Source: the human T2T-CHM13v2.0 reference genome, Homo sapiens
Assembly (NCBI RefSeq): GCF_009914755.1
Contig: NC_060943.1
Length of the DNA: 64,000 nt
Reading direction: 5' to 3' (one strand)
The notes under the pieces were generated by a model that did no database searches, had not been told where the DNA came from, and was given only the letters and a program-made list of their open reading frames with translations. Made by a program: the position numbers and the translations under genes. Positions within the stretch are counted from its first letter, which is position 1, and each line of letters starts with the position of its first letter. Below are positions 47,100 through 62,397 of the stretch, piece by piece.

Positions 47100-48017
47100 C
47101 GCTCCACATGAAGAAAAGGCGTTTTTTTCAGCTGTCAGTTCTGCAGGCCGAAAAGTTTGAGGGCCTGGCCCTGGCTTCTGGTGAAGGTTTTTGTGCTATG
47201 TCACAACATGGCAGAGAAGGTCAAAAAAGGGGGGACACATGCGAAGAACGGAAGAACTGAGGGGCGTCCTGGCTTCATAACACCCCACTCTCAAGAGAAC
47301 TAACTCATTCCAAGAACCAGTCCAGTCTTGGAAGAGCAGGAACTCACCCACCACCGAGAGAAAAACACCAACATCCCATTCATGAGGGATCCACCCCCAA
47401 ACACAGAAACCTCCCACTAGGCCCTGCCTCCCAGTACAGCCACATTGGGAATCAAATTTCAACGTTAGTTTTGGTGTTGACAAACAGACCATATCTAAAC
47501 TGTGGTGCTGTGTGTCTTAGTCCCTTCAGGCTGCTATAACAAAGTGCCTTAGACTGGGTAATTTATGAACAACAGAAATGTGTTGCTTACGGTTCTGGAG
47601 GCTGGGAAGTCCAAGCTCAAGGTGTCAGCAGCTTTGGTGTCTGATGAGGGCCTGCTCCCTGCTTCATAAATAACACCTTTTTGCAGCATCCTGACATGCT
47701 GGAAGGGGCAATAAAGCTCCCCTAAACCTCTTTTATAAGGGCATTAATCGTATTCACAAGGCCTCTGCCCTCATGACCTAGTCACTTTCCAAAGTCCCCA
47801 CCTCTTAATATTATCCCTTTGGGGATTAAGTTTCCACATAGGAATTTCGGGGGGGGCACATACATTCAGATCATACCACTCACATTCACAAGGTCTCTGC
47901 CCTCATGACCTAGTCACCTTCCAAAGGCCCCACCTCTTAATACTATCCCTTTGGAGGTTAAGTTTCCACATAGGAATTTCGGTGGGGGGTGGGTCACGTA
48001 AATTCAGATCATACCAC
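47100..48017 (-). mobile_element. Adjacent MaLR LTRs (MST-like about 47100-47500; MLT1A-like about 47510-47880, with its end tandemly duplicated to 48017)
   Basis: tgtcttagtcccttcaggctgctataacaaag...ctggaggctgggaagtccaag, the MLT1A pattern. Confidence 0.75.
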
Positions 48018-48189
48018 ACTGTAATTTAAAACTTAGGAACTTTGAGAAATAAAATGTTTTGTCTCTTTGTAAGAGACTTATCGAGTGGTTTGAACAGTGC
48101 TTGCCTTCTCATTGTATCCTTTGCAGTCTAGAATGAGCATCTTTCCTATGCCTTTGGCAAGTGGTCAGTTGTCCTTTCTAAGTAATTGT

Positions 48190-48802
48190 CATCATCATGA
48201 AATGTCTCCAAGAGTTCCTTTAACACAAACTTTTTGGCCGCCATAACTTCCTTCAGGAACTACATACCTCGTCATTAAATTCACTTTCACTAAGATCCTC
48301 TGGCTGCATATCCCAAGTTTTCTTCAGTGGCAGCAGTGTCAACATTCCTGTGGCCAATTATTTATTTGTTCTAGAATTCATTTACATGTATGTCTAATTT
48401 TGCTTCCAGCATTATCACTTTGTGGGTTTTTGCTGCACTTCGATTTTGTTGGCCAGTTCCTCTCTTGTGACTATCCATTTTCGTAACACGTCCTGCAGGT
48501 TTAGCATTGGGAGATAAGGATGCAGCATAACTACATGTTTTGCTGTCGGGAAGTGAACTGCATAGCACAATGACCAGTCACCAGCTTTGAAAGGCTTGCT
48601 TAGTCACTGGGCATGATGCATCTCTGTTTACATAGTAGACTGAAGAGCTGCCAGTGAAGTTTGTTCTCTGCAGTTACTCACAGTTCGTATTCCCATAGTA
48701 GTTAATAACTGAAATTTGAACCATCCTGTCGGGGGACTGATAATGTTTAACTAAGCCATAGTAACTGAAATTCATGCAGCTCGGAACCGTGCAAAGCAAG
48801 GA

Positions 48803-48803
<1 letters not shown>
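48190..48803 (-). mobile_element. Tigger13a-like TcMar DNA transposon fossil
   Basis: Terminal tcggaaccgtgcaaagcaagga; minus-strand remnant MDSHKR...SAAKTHKVIMLEAKLDI resembles a transposase N-terminus. Confidence 0.75.
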
Positions 48804-48833
<30 letters not shown>

Positions 48834-48850
48834 CTCTCTCTTTCTCTCAC
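48803..48850 (+). repeat. Compound (CA)n(CT)n microsatellite
   Basis: Seen directly. Confidence 0.93.
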
Positions 48851-49105
48851 TCATTGTTAGGCTTCTTCTTGTGTATTTTATTTTATTCCATTGCTGTTAT
48901 AAATAGTTTTTTCCTTCTTGCTAGCATTTTGCTAGCATTTTAATATTGTTTCCATATAAGAAAGTTGTTGATCTGGACGGAATGTTAGTTTTGTGGCTTT
49001 ATTGAGTTATTATTTGTAACAGTTTTTAATTTTCTATTGGATTGTTAAGGTATATCATTATATTATCTGCAAATCATTTTCTCATACTTTCCTTTCTATT
49101 TATAG

Positions 49106-49422
<317 letters not shown>

Positions 49423-49787
49423 TATACCTCTTCTTTCTTTCTCTTGTCTGATTGTCCTAGCTGGTACCTCCACAACACTGCATAGCAGTGGGGATAGTAA
49501 ATGTCCTTGTTCTGTTCTTGAACTTAATGGAAATGCTTCTGGTGTTTCCTAATTAAGCTTGATACTAGTTTTGGAGTTGAGAAAGTTATATTTTTATGAT
49601 ATTGAAGAATTATCCATCTACTTTATTTTGTAGAGAAGTTTTATTAGGAATGTATATTGGGTTAGGTGCTATTGGTTTAAGTGCCTCCTGAGTATGGCAG
49701 TAGGAAATACACAGCTATACCCATGGAGTATATTTGTAAAAAAAAAAAAAATTAAATATGACCTTGAATCTAATGAAACATGTAGCT

Positions 49788-50005
49788 CATTGGTTCCCAA
49801 CTAAGGGCTTTTGCCCCCTCAGAGGACATTTGCCGATGTCTGGAGACATTACTGCGTTTGTCACAACTGAGGGAGAAAGCACTACTGGCATTTAGTGAGT
49901 AGAGGCTAGGGATGCTGCTGGACAACCTGCAGTGCCCCAGACAGCCGCCACAGTGAAGAATTATCTAGCCCCAAATGTCAGGAATGCAGAGGCCAAGAAA
50001 CTCTT
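49788..50005 (+). mobile_element. MER20 (hAT-Charlie)
   Basis: ggacatttgccgatgtctggagacat...gtagaggctagggatgctgct...ccaaatgtca. Confidence 0.85.
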
Positions 50006-51246
50006 CTAGATCTCACTCCCAGTTCACAAGAAACATGAAGGACACAGGGACGTGATAAACGACATCACCAGAAAGTCCTCAGTGTAGTCCATGCTGTGAG
50101 AGATTCTGCAAGACAGATGGGCCTGATATCTTCAACAGATACATGCATGAGGGGTGACGGGAAAGAAAGAAGAGATATTATAGATTAAAAGAGACTTAAG
50201 AGACTTACCAACCAAATATGAAATGTAGATCTCATTTGGATCCTAATTTGAATAAGACATGTCTGCAAAAATCAGGCAACTTTAAGTTAGAATACATGAA
50301 ACAAGATTAGCAAAATGCCGACAATCAGTTAATTGAAACTGGATGGTACGGATTCATCACTTTTATTTATAATTTTCCCTTTGTTTAACGATTTCCATAA
50401 TCAGAAATTTAAAAATGAATATTGATTTTTTTAGATTTAGTCTCAGCAACACCAATGAAAATATGCCTTTTTGCTTCCAATCCTTTCAAATGGTGACTCA
50501 TAATAATGAAGCTCCTAATACTGAACTGTCTGTATTCCTAGAATAAGCCTCCCCTAAAAGAATGAGCACATGCTGGTGCACAAATTAAAGTTTATAAACT
50601 GTGTTCTCAGAAGCTTTAAGTGCCTAAGATTTTTATACAAAGATGATTGTCAATTGTCAGAATTATATATTCTGCATAAAACAATAGAGAATTAAATGGA
50701 ATTCCACCAATTCCATCCAATGTGAAATGCTAGGCAGCTTATTGTAGTCATTAAATACTTTATTGTAGAAAGTTTAAATTATAACAGTAGCCTTCCATAA
50801 TTCCAATTTTATAAAAATATATGTATTTTTAAATACTGAAAAATAGACCTCAAAATAATAATAATGGTTATATCTAGTGATAACGCTATGAGTGATTTTT
50901 ATTTTCTTTTTTTTCCTATATATTTCTAATTTTCTACAGCGAATTTTTGAAATCAGGAAAAAAGTTATTTACAAAATTAAAGCAGTTCACCTGTCACCCA
51001 AATCTTGGTTTCTGATACCTTTCTCCAATAAAAGAACTGGAGAAATTATCAGTCTAGTCTAGGACTGTGGTGGGGAATATGCAAAGTGATCCTGGAGCGT
51101 CTCAGGTCCAGCATGTAAGGAAGTGCTTAAGAAACAAAACTTGAGGTGTGGCAGCAGGACACGGGACCCAACCACAGAGGCCCAGGGGGCAAGGCTGGAG
51201 GAGTTTGAGCAACAAAATAAATAGTGCAATACAGAATTTGCACCAA

Positions 51247-52257
51247 TGTAGGGACCAGCCCCACATGATCGGTGGGTTTTTCTCCCTGTGTGCAGAGACG
51301 AGAGATTGTAGAAATAAAGACACAAGACAAAGAGATAAAAGAAAAGACAGCTGGGCCTGCGGGACCACTACTACCAAGACGCGGAGACCGGTAGTGGCCC
51401 CAGATGCCAGGCTGCGCTGATATTTATTGGATACAAGACAAAGGGGCAGGGTAAGGAGTGTTGAGTCATCTCCAATGATAGGTAAGGTCACATGGGTCAC
51501 GTGTCCACTGGACAGGGGGCCCTTCCCTGCCTGGCAGCAGAGGCAGAGAGAGAGAGGGAGAGAGAGAGAGACAGCTTACGCCATTATTTCTGCATATCAG
51601 AGACTTTTAGTACTTTCACTAATTTTGCTACTGTTAACTAAAAGGCAGAGCCAGGTGTACAGGATGGAACATGAAAGCAGACTAGGAGCGTGGCCACTGA
51701 AGCACAGCATCACAGGGAGATGGTTAGGCCTCCAGATAACTGCGGGCGGGCCTGACTCATGTCAGGCCCTCCACAAGAGGTGGAGGAGTAGAGTCTTCTC
51801 TAAACTCTCCTGGGGAAAGGGAGACTCTCTTTCCCAGTCTGCTAAGTAGCGAGTGTTTTTCCTTGACACTGACGCTACCGCTAGACCATGGTCCGCTTGG
51901 CAATGGGCATCTTCCCAGATGCTGGCATTACCGCTAGACCAAGGAGCCCTCTGGTGGCCCTGTCCAGGCATAACAGAAGGCTCGCACTCTTGTCTTCTGG
52001 TCACTTCTCACTGTGTCCCTTCCGCTCCTATCTCTATATGGCCTGGTTTTTCCTAGGTTATGATTATAGAGCAAAGATTATAATAGTATTGGAATAAAGA
52101 GTAATTGCTACAAACTAATGATTAATGATATTCATATATAATCATATCTATGATCTATATCTAGCATTAACTCTTGTTGTTTTATATATTTTATTATACT
52201 GGAACAGCTCGTGCCCTCGGTCTCTTGCCTCGGCACCTAGGTGGCTTGCTGCCCACA
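51247..52257 (-). mobile_element. Solo LTR13 (ERVK class), 1011 bp, inserted in an old L1MC/MD fragment
   Basis: TG...CA termini (minus strand tgtgggcagcaagccacc ... gctggtccctaca); LTR13-like internal sequence; imperfect 6-bp flanks caccaa / tcccaa. Confidence 0.88.
51943..51960 (-). promoter_or_regulatory. CTCF motif within LTR13
   Basis: Minus strand GGGCCACCAGAGGGCTCC matches the CTCF core CCASYAGRKGGC exactly. Confidence 0.65.
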
Positions 52258-52711
52258 TCCCAAAGTATAAAATAACCACGTGTCCATACTGATGTATATA
52301 AATGGTTGAATAGGTGGGTGAGAATAGACACACCCCATGCAAAAGAATTCCATGTAATTGACGTAGATACCCCTCCCTCAAGGAGGCAGTTGATTATCCC
52401 AGCTCTTACGTGTGGGCTGCACCCAGTGACCCCCTTCCCAGTGGTACACTTTGGAAACCGGGTTGAGAAAGAGGAACTTGACCCTGGAGAAACCTGACCT
52501 CAGCCAGGGGAGGAAGGTCAGGGGTGAGTTCTCCTGAGAGTGGGATGTGGGGAGGATGGCCCTTTTCCTTTGTAGCCTTTCTCCCAAGAACCCATCAGCT
52601 CAGTCTAACCATGAAAAAAAACAGCAGACAGCCCCAACCTGAGGGACATTTTACAAAATATCTGACCCATGTTCCTCAGATCTGTCAAGGGCATTAAAAA
52701 CAAGGCAAGTT

Positions 52712-53028
<317 letters not shown>

Positions 53029-54849
53029 CTAGAAGATCTTAAGGAGACGTGAGGACTAAAAGCCATGTTGTCCTGGATGGGGTCGTGGAACAGAAACAGG
53101 ATGTTAAGTACACACCAGGGAAATCCGAATAAAGTGTGGACTTCAGTTAATAATGATGTAAGGAACATTGGCTCCTGATTTATGGCAGATGTACCCCAGG
53201 AAGGTAACATGTTAACAGTAAGGGAAATAACTTTTCTATATATCTGTATCTATACCTGTAACTATTCTAAAATTAGAAGCTTTTTTTTTTTAAAAAAAAA
53301 AGGGAAAACAGTAAACAATAGCTCATCACTCTTATTTTTAAAAGGTTGGAATAACATTAGAGATGTTCTATAGGATCAATTTGAGATTTCTGGAGTTTAC
53401 TTTCTGACCCAGTTTTCTCAAAAATATGAAATTCTTGTTGCATAAGTCTGACTTGTCACTGGGGGATCATTCCAGATAAAGAATTTTCTGGTGAGGCCTC
53501 GGGACCACATCTGAATGAAAGTGAGGAGGCGAGTGTCTGAACAGCCAGCATTTCGTGTCTGTTTCCCCTCTGCATAACATAAAAATTAACGTATGATAGC
53601 ACAACATATGTAAAGTCACCTTGGTAGAGGCACTAGGCGGAAGGGAGTGGGCATCTCTTGGCTGGCAATGAGCTGGGTGCCCAGCCATCATGGTGCAGGG
53701 CAGTTGCCCTTCTCAAGCAACTGATCCAGAGACATTTGAGCAGGGGACTGTGACCACACTACAGTACACACCACGACCGTGTGACAGTCACAGATACAGA
53801 CACTGAGTTTAATGGCTTGGGGGTGGAGAAGTTGCCAGTTGCCCACCCTCTGATAAAGATGTTAGTGAAAATATTATAGATTTATTGAGGTTTGTCAAAA
53901 AATTGCTGCATCTCAGATATAAATGGGCAAAATAAAATGAATTAAGGTTAGGGTTTTTTTGTAGATAACCAAGAATAAAATGTAGTGATTTTGTTTTATT
54001 ATGCCAGCTGTAATAAAGTCTTAAGGAGAATGCAGGCTGTAAAAGCTTAAAGAGAATAGGGGAACAATTTTTTTAAATATTTAATGAAATGTCAAACATT
54101 TTACCACATTTTGAAGAAATAAAACATTGTAGATATAGCTAAAGCCTCACTTTCTTACTTCTTCACCCCTTCCTCCTGAGAGGTAACCCATTGTCTTGAC
54201 AGTGATGTGTATCATTGCAGGTATTCGTGAATAACTTTTCTATGTATATAACATATGTATGTGTATATACATACATATGGATGTATTAAGTAATACATTC
54301 TGTTGGTTTTGGTGTTTTAACAATTTATTTAAATTAAAAGCTTAACAGATCTGTTTATTTTTCTTTTCACTGATCATTATTGGCATTGGTTTCTGGTGCT
54401 AAGTGTAGATCTCATGGGGGTTTTTTGGTTGTTGTTTTTTTTTCCACTTTGTAACATTCCACTATATGAAAATAAACCAATTTGTTTTCATATGCTTGTG
54501 GAAGAACAGTCACTGTGGGTTGTATCCTTTTTTGGTGTTCATGGCTAGGATGATTCTTGTATGTGTTTCCTTGTGAACACCAGAATTGTGGGACTACAGG
54601 TGTGTGCCACTTCAGCCTTAATAGATATTGCCAAATTGCTCTTCAGAGTGCCATACATAAAATTTGTACATTTCCATTTTTCCACATCTGTGAAAAATCT
54701 TACCAGATTTATCAGATTCCACATTTTATCAGACTCACTTATCTTTGCCAGTCTGAGGGGTGTGATACATTTCCCTGATTGTTAGTGAGATTGAACATCT
54801 TTTCATATAGTTGAATTTATTAGAAGTCCTATCAAGAATTGCCTATTTA

Positions 54850-55006
54850 GGCCGGGTATGGTAGCTCATGCCTGTAATCCTAGCACTTAGGGAGTATGAG
54901 GTAGGAGGATCACTTGAGTCCAGGAGGCCAAGGCTGCAGTGAGCCATGATTCCACCACTGCACTCAAGCCTGGGCAACAGAGCAAGACCCTGTCTCAAAA
55001 AAAAAA
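54850..55006 (+). mobile_element. Alu monomer (FRAM-like or arm fusion)
   Basis: Single-arm Alu with A tail. Confidence 0.8.
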
Positions 55007-55339
55007 GAACTAACTGCCTGTTTATTGCCTGTTAAGTGGGCTGGTATTTCTTAGAGACCTTTGGCCTTGGACCTGATTCCTCAGAGTGTATGATAAAAGA
55101 ATACAGCTGCATGCTATCACAAAGTTAAATTGGAGGTGGGTGAGAAAAAGAGTTTAGTCTTTGACCGTATTTAATTGTTTTATTTACTCCTATGCCGTTT
55201 GATTTTCTTTGTGCCTCGTTATTGCTGACTGTGTCTCTTATTGGTGTAGGAAAGAGTTCAGGTAAGTAAGTTATCTGGTTTGTTAGGTTTGTAATTAAGT
55301 ATTTAACAAAAATGTCTTTGGAAAAGTGCATTTGCAGTT

Positions 55340-56500
<1,161 letters not shown>

Positions 56501-56899
56501 TTAATTTTTCTAAAAATCTTTCATTGTTAAATTCAGATTTTACCAAGTGTACTCAAGTATGTGGAACAATTATGTTTTCTAATAGAAACTTTTTAAGATT
56601 ATTTGTTTTATTTATGAAATCTAAATTGCTGAAGCTTTTTCAAGACGACTGCTTCCATTTTTTGTGGATCTATAAAGAATGCACAGTTCATGTTGAAAAT
56701 CATTTCGTTCCTTTTTGCTTTCTCAAGTAGTAGAGTGGTACAAAGTATTAATTGTGTAAGTTTTTCTTTGTATGATTAAATAATTTAGAGCAAATATTTT
56801 GCATATTACTACATCAAAAATCTTTCCAAATATTGTAATAACTAAAGTAATCTGGAATGTTTGTCTTGATTCTTACTAATTCTTTATAATATAAAAGAC

Positions 56900-56993
56900 C
56901 TTCTTTCATTGATTCTAGGACTTCCATTCTAGGACCTCTCTGAAATCAGTGTACCTCTTAGAATCAGTAACATCTTAGATTCAGTGAAATACG
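56900..56993. mobile_element. MER104-like (TcMar-Tc2) MITE
   Basis: Imperfect TIRs tttcattgattctagga ... tcttagattcagtgaaatacg. Confidence 0.6.
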
Positions 56994-57081
56994 ATATGTC
57001 TAATAAGGGTTCGGAGGAAGGGCTATAATAATTGTTACAGAATCATGATAATTTTTCACTGATGTTATGGGACCGTTCTGA

Positions 57082-57724
<643 letters not shown>

Positions 57725-60173
57725 GTGGAATAATGACTCGAGCAGGAAAGCAGTAGAAGAGGATTCCTTCACCACAGTTTCACCTTTACGCTGTCAGACA
57801 ACTTCCTGCCACAGAAGAAGTCGTTGATGTGATTTTTGAGGAAATGACAGATGTGACTTTGGAACCAAACTTGTAATAAAAGGAATTCCAAATGGACAAG
57901 CAGTAATGATATTTAAATATTTTGAGTGAGGGGGAGTGGGTCAAAGAGGAAGTAGAGGTGTAATCCTGTATTAACCCTCTGTCACCCCTTCTTAGTGTCG
58001 AGTGTATTTATTAATAAAAGCTTATTAGAGTGTAGAAATGCCAGCAAGAGTTAAGAAAGGGCTTTTCAGGAACTATTCTAAAAGTCATAAAAGGGTCACA
58101 GTCTTAAGCAGAGCTTAGTTTTCTTCTCACTTGTCAAATGCAGACTGTGAGGCCTCCAGTGAGAAATGGGAGGCAGTTCTGGGAGGGGGTTTTTTCAGTG
58201 TCACCAACAGAGTCAACAAGGAAACATAATTAGAGGGCTTTGAAATGATCTACTGAAATACCTAAATTGATAGAAATTAATCATACTCAATCTAGGACAT
58301 GTTCCTTTACTCCTTAAAAAAGAAAGGAAAGATCTCTAAATTCAAAGCTAGATTGTAAATAGGCATTCAAGAAGTATTGTCTTAAATTTACGATGAATTT
58401 CTTGTGAGCAGAGGACGAAACAGGTGAATTCTCACCAGACTCAAACCAGATCTCAAATCATAGTAATGCTAAATCGTCTTCCGTGTTCTCAGAGGTTCTT
58501 TTCAGTGTCTGTCAGAACTTGGCATACTTTCTCCATAGTACGTAGACCTTCTAATACTCTGCTAAATGAAACCACACTTGTTATCTGAAAGTGTGTGAAA
58601 GAAACAATGTATGAAAATTTACATTTGATCATCCGGCATTGGAAATAGTTTGAACTATTTCCAAAAATCCCTTAGGGGATGAGGGGTGAAATTTAAAAGC
58701 TCCTGAAAATGAGTACTGCTGTGTTGAGCTTTTCTTTCCTGGGGTATATTAATTTAGTTATATTTAGCAGAAGAGGAATATAACCAAATGTGACTAAAAT
58801 ATAGCAGAAATTCAGGTTGTTTGTAAAAATTTTAATAACAAATAGCATTTGGCAAGTCTATAGGATTCTTCCTATCTGGAAATTCTATTTTGTTAGAGTG
58901 CGATAGGACATATGGAAAACCAACACAAAGTGCTTTAGCATTAAAACTCACCATCAAATAGATGTAATCTTATTAATTACACATTTTGTATTTTAATTAT
59001 TTCAAGGAGTGAAGAAAACAGGGTGTTTTTGTTTTTGTAGTTCTGATTACTCATTTATGCATTGTTTTGTTTAAGTAAATTCTGCCTACAAGTGAAAAGG
59101 TCGGTGCGCTCTTCTGTGCACCATCCTCACGGTGCTATTTCCGAATATCTGAATATTGATTTCTAACACCTGGATGAGGCTGTGACCGATCAACTTGGAA
59201 CACTGTAAAGGTTTTCGAATGGGATACGCTGTAGGCACGTTTTAAGAAGTATTCTGTTCCTAAAGTCCAGGTATGATTGGATTAATATTTATAAAATTAT
59301 TATTAGGAATTATTTAAGTGGGGCCAGGCATCTTGCAACATTTTCTGATTTTTTTTTTCTTTCTTTCTAATCTCATTTTGGTGATATTTAAACAAACATA
59401 AATGATTGTAACTTTGCAGCTTTTTTATTTAGGTAGCTTTAATTTATTTATGAAAGTTAATCCATTTCTGATACGTGGTTTTTAAAAATATGAAATGGAT
59501 TTATATATACTATATTCCTCAAATCCACTGTATGTGGACTTATATTCATTTTCTCCTTTTTTCGGAATTGAAACATTTTAATTTCAAATTCAAATAGAAC
59601 ATTTAAAATGATTTCATTATTATTACCCATACTGTTGCCACTCATATTGTAAGTCAGTTTTTTCATTGCTGGTACAATGACTCAGTATTTCTTTATAAAA
59701 ATCTGTTGTTCTGAAAATCAACAACCTTAGAAGGATTTTGTCTTAGAAAATTTCCTTGGCTTTAGTTTTATATCATATTTAGAAAATAATAATGAAAAGC
59801 ATCCCCAAAATTTCAATGATGTGAATTTTTAAATTACCTTTATTTCTTTAAACTAATTCCATTGATTGTTACTTAAATTTTCCACCTGGAATCATGGATT
59901 TAAAATTTCCCCACCTCATGGGGAAAAAACTAACCCAGAAGTTCAAAGCCTTTAAAGTTTCATCTGATTCTGGCCTTAGAATTGTCCTTAAAAGCTTTCT
60001 CCTGGCCGATAGGAGGAAGCATATATCAAGGAGGTTCTTTCCCTTCCCATTATCATTTTGTGGCAAGCCTTAAGTTAACAATGTGTCTACCAAGAACAAT
60101 TGAGTTTTCTAAAAGTAATAATGAAGATTATGCAATTCTAACTGTAGAAGAGATAGCTATTAAAATAATCAGT

Positions 60174-60479
60174 AGCCTGGGCATAGTGGCTCACACCTGT
60201 AATCCCAATACTTTAGAAGGCCAAGGCTGGAGGACTGCTTGAGTCCAGAAGTTTAAGACCAGCCTGGGCAACACGGGGAGACCCTGTCTCTACAAGAAAT
60301 TAAAAATTAGCCAGGCATAGTTGGCACGTGCCTGTAGCACCAGCTACTTGGGAGGTTAAGGTGGGAGGATCACTTGAGCCTGGGAGATAGAGGCTTGCAG
60401 TGAGCCGTGATGGCACCATTGCACTCCAACCGGGGTGACAGATGAGGTCCTCTGTTTACCTCCCCCCCCAAAAAAAAAA
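60174..60479 (+). mobile_element. Sense Alu (AluJ-like) in the 3' UTR
   Basis: Full dimer; TSD-like aatcagtag / attcagtag. Confidence 0.9.
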
Positions 60480-61471
60480 TTCAGTAGGAATTCCTTCATA
60501 GAATAACATGTTATTTATTGGTATTGACTTCTTATTAGACAGAGCTCATAGTATTTGTTTTCTGCTCCGAACACTTAAAAAATACTAAGACGTGATAGTG
60601 AAAATAGCTTTGAAAAGAAACTACATATGGCAAAGGTGGGGAGGGGGGAAGATGATGCATTCTGATCATTATAAAGAATACTTTTCAGGGCTCTATCATT
60701 TTCTCCCTTTCTCTAATCATCCAGAATATGGCGGGTGTCCCAGTGTTCAACAGTATCATGCTAATATTCCATTTGATCGGTAGTCCAAGTTCTTTGGCCA
60801 GATAGTGCAATGTTGTGACACCGACCGAAGCCTTTGTTCTGGATCTTTCTTCCTATTGAAAGTGGCTGCTGGTGGCTTCATAATTTTCTGTTTTTTTTCT
60901 CACAAAGTAAATGGTGGGCATCCATGTTTACATTGCACCTTCCCGTGCTGTAATTGGCTTGACAAAGACAAGCAGGCTTCTCTGTTGAGACTTATTGTGT
61001 TTTTAGTTTTCATAGACACTTATTTAATCTTTTTAAATTGTACAGCAAGGTGCTCTAAGTAATATTCGATAAAATATATTTAATAGAAATTTGCGTTTGA
61101 TATTCATGAACATGAATACATGTATTTTTTTAAGAAATAAGTATTGTGTAACACTATGGCATTGCTTCTATAGCCAAAGTATAAAAATTTCTGGAATACT
61201 GACATGTAAAGACTACAGTTAATTCTGACACTGTATCTTATTAAAATAGGATGATTTGCATTTTGTAAAATTATCCTGCACATCAAGCTGCATGCCTTAA
61301 AGCGGAAACTCTAGGACTGTGTTCATGGGAGAGCAGTTCATCTGTTCAGAACAGTGAGGCAAGGTCTGTAGTGCTTCTTTAACTACCTTTGGAAATACTG
61401 TACAATGTTAGAATAATTTATTTTGCTTTACAGGAGTTTGTCATGTATTGACTTTAATATTGTATTTTGGT

Positions 61472-61477
61472 AATAAA
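61472..61477 (+). terminator. Candidate polyadenylation signal AATAAA
   Basis: Preceded by UGUA elements and U-rich sequence; GU/U-rich downstream (ggttgtgttcattcttttcc). Confidence 0.6.
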
Positions 61478-62156
61478 TTTTTTGTTAAAAAAAACTTGGC
61501 TCCAAGTTCTATTAACCACAGGTTGTGTTCATTCTTTTCCTGGAAATGATGACTTTATTGCTTAGAAAGTTGTAAATAATTAAAAGCTTCCCAAGAGTTA
61601 AATGAAGGTTATGATGACTCTTGATAACTTGTTAATCTGTTGCTGACTAGCATTAGACTGTTACACGAAGATAAACTGAATAAGCATTTAGCTTTTTAAA
61701 TCATTTTAAAAATTAAGTCTAATTTTGAAGCTTTTTTCCTTGCTACCCAGTTCAGTTTCTCTTCCAAATGTGACACGCTTATATGCTTTCAATTCTGATA
61801 TAGTCAAAGTGCTAAAGACTAGTTCTGCTATTGACGAAGGAATTAGCATTCCTTAGTGAAGGCCAAAAACTACAGTGATATGTTCACACCTTGATCACTC
61901 TGTCGTCTATACAGACAGCTATTGACATATTTGTTGCATTGACGAAGCTAACATCATCTGACTGTATCGTGGGTCTGGTTATCCATTTGTGCCCTAGAAT
62001 CCTGGGTCACCTCAGTTGAAAGTGACCAAGGCCAAATATTTCGTCCCATGCTTCCCAGGGACAACATAATCATATCCCCTGTCTTTGAAAAACCCAATCT
62101 GAAACTGTGTCACTAACCTCCAAATTAAAGAATCCGAGCATGGAAGCTCTAGAACG

Positions 62157-62388
62157 TATGGTCCAGTGTGGCAGCCACTATAATATCTAAGTGTAAAATA
62201 CATAGCAGTTGCAAAGACTTAGTACAAAAAGAATGGAAATGTATTAACAGTTTTTTATATTGATTACATGTTGAAATGATATTTTGGTTTAAATAAAATA
62301 TTAAAATTAGTTTTACCTGTTTCTTTAGCTACTAAACAGTTTTAAATTACATATGTGGCTTACATTATATTTCTTTTGGACAGCGCTG
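62157..62388 (-). mobile_element. MER33 (hAT-Charlie)
   Basis: ...ttacatatgtggcttacattatatttcttttggacagcgctg matches the MER33 end; internal tattgattacatgttgaaatgat. Confidence 0.8.
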
Positions 62389-62397
62389 GTACAGAAG

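Larger units (their letters stand above)
57725..62315 (+). other. ZNF507: ZNF507 long 3' UTR (end uncertain: about 61495 or about 62315)
   Basis: AU-rich, repeat-poor sequence; AATAAA at 57875, 58013, 61472 and 62292. Confidence 0.65.

Noticed and set aside
51241-52263. Imperfect LTR13 flanks (caccaa vs tcccaa) as a sign of inter-element recombination
   Set aside because: The host L1 sequence appears to continue on both sides, so mutational decay of a 6-bp TSD is the simpler explanation.
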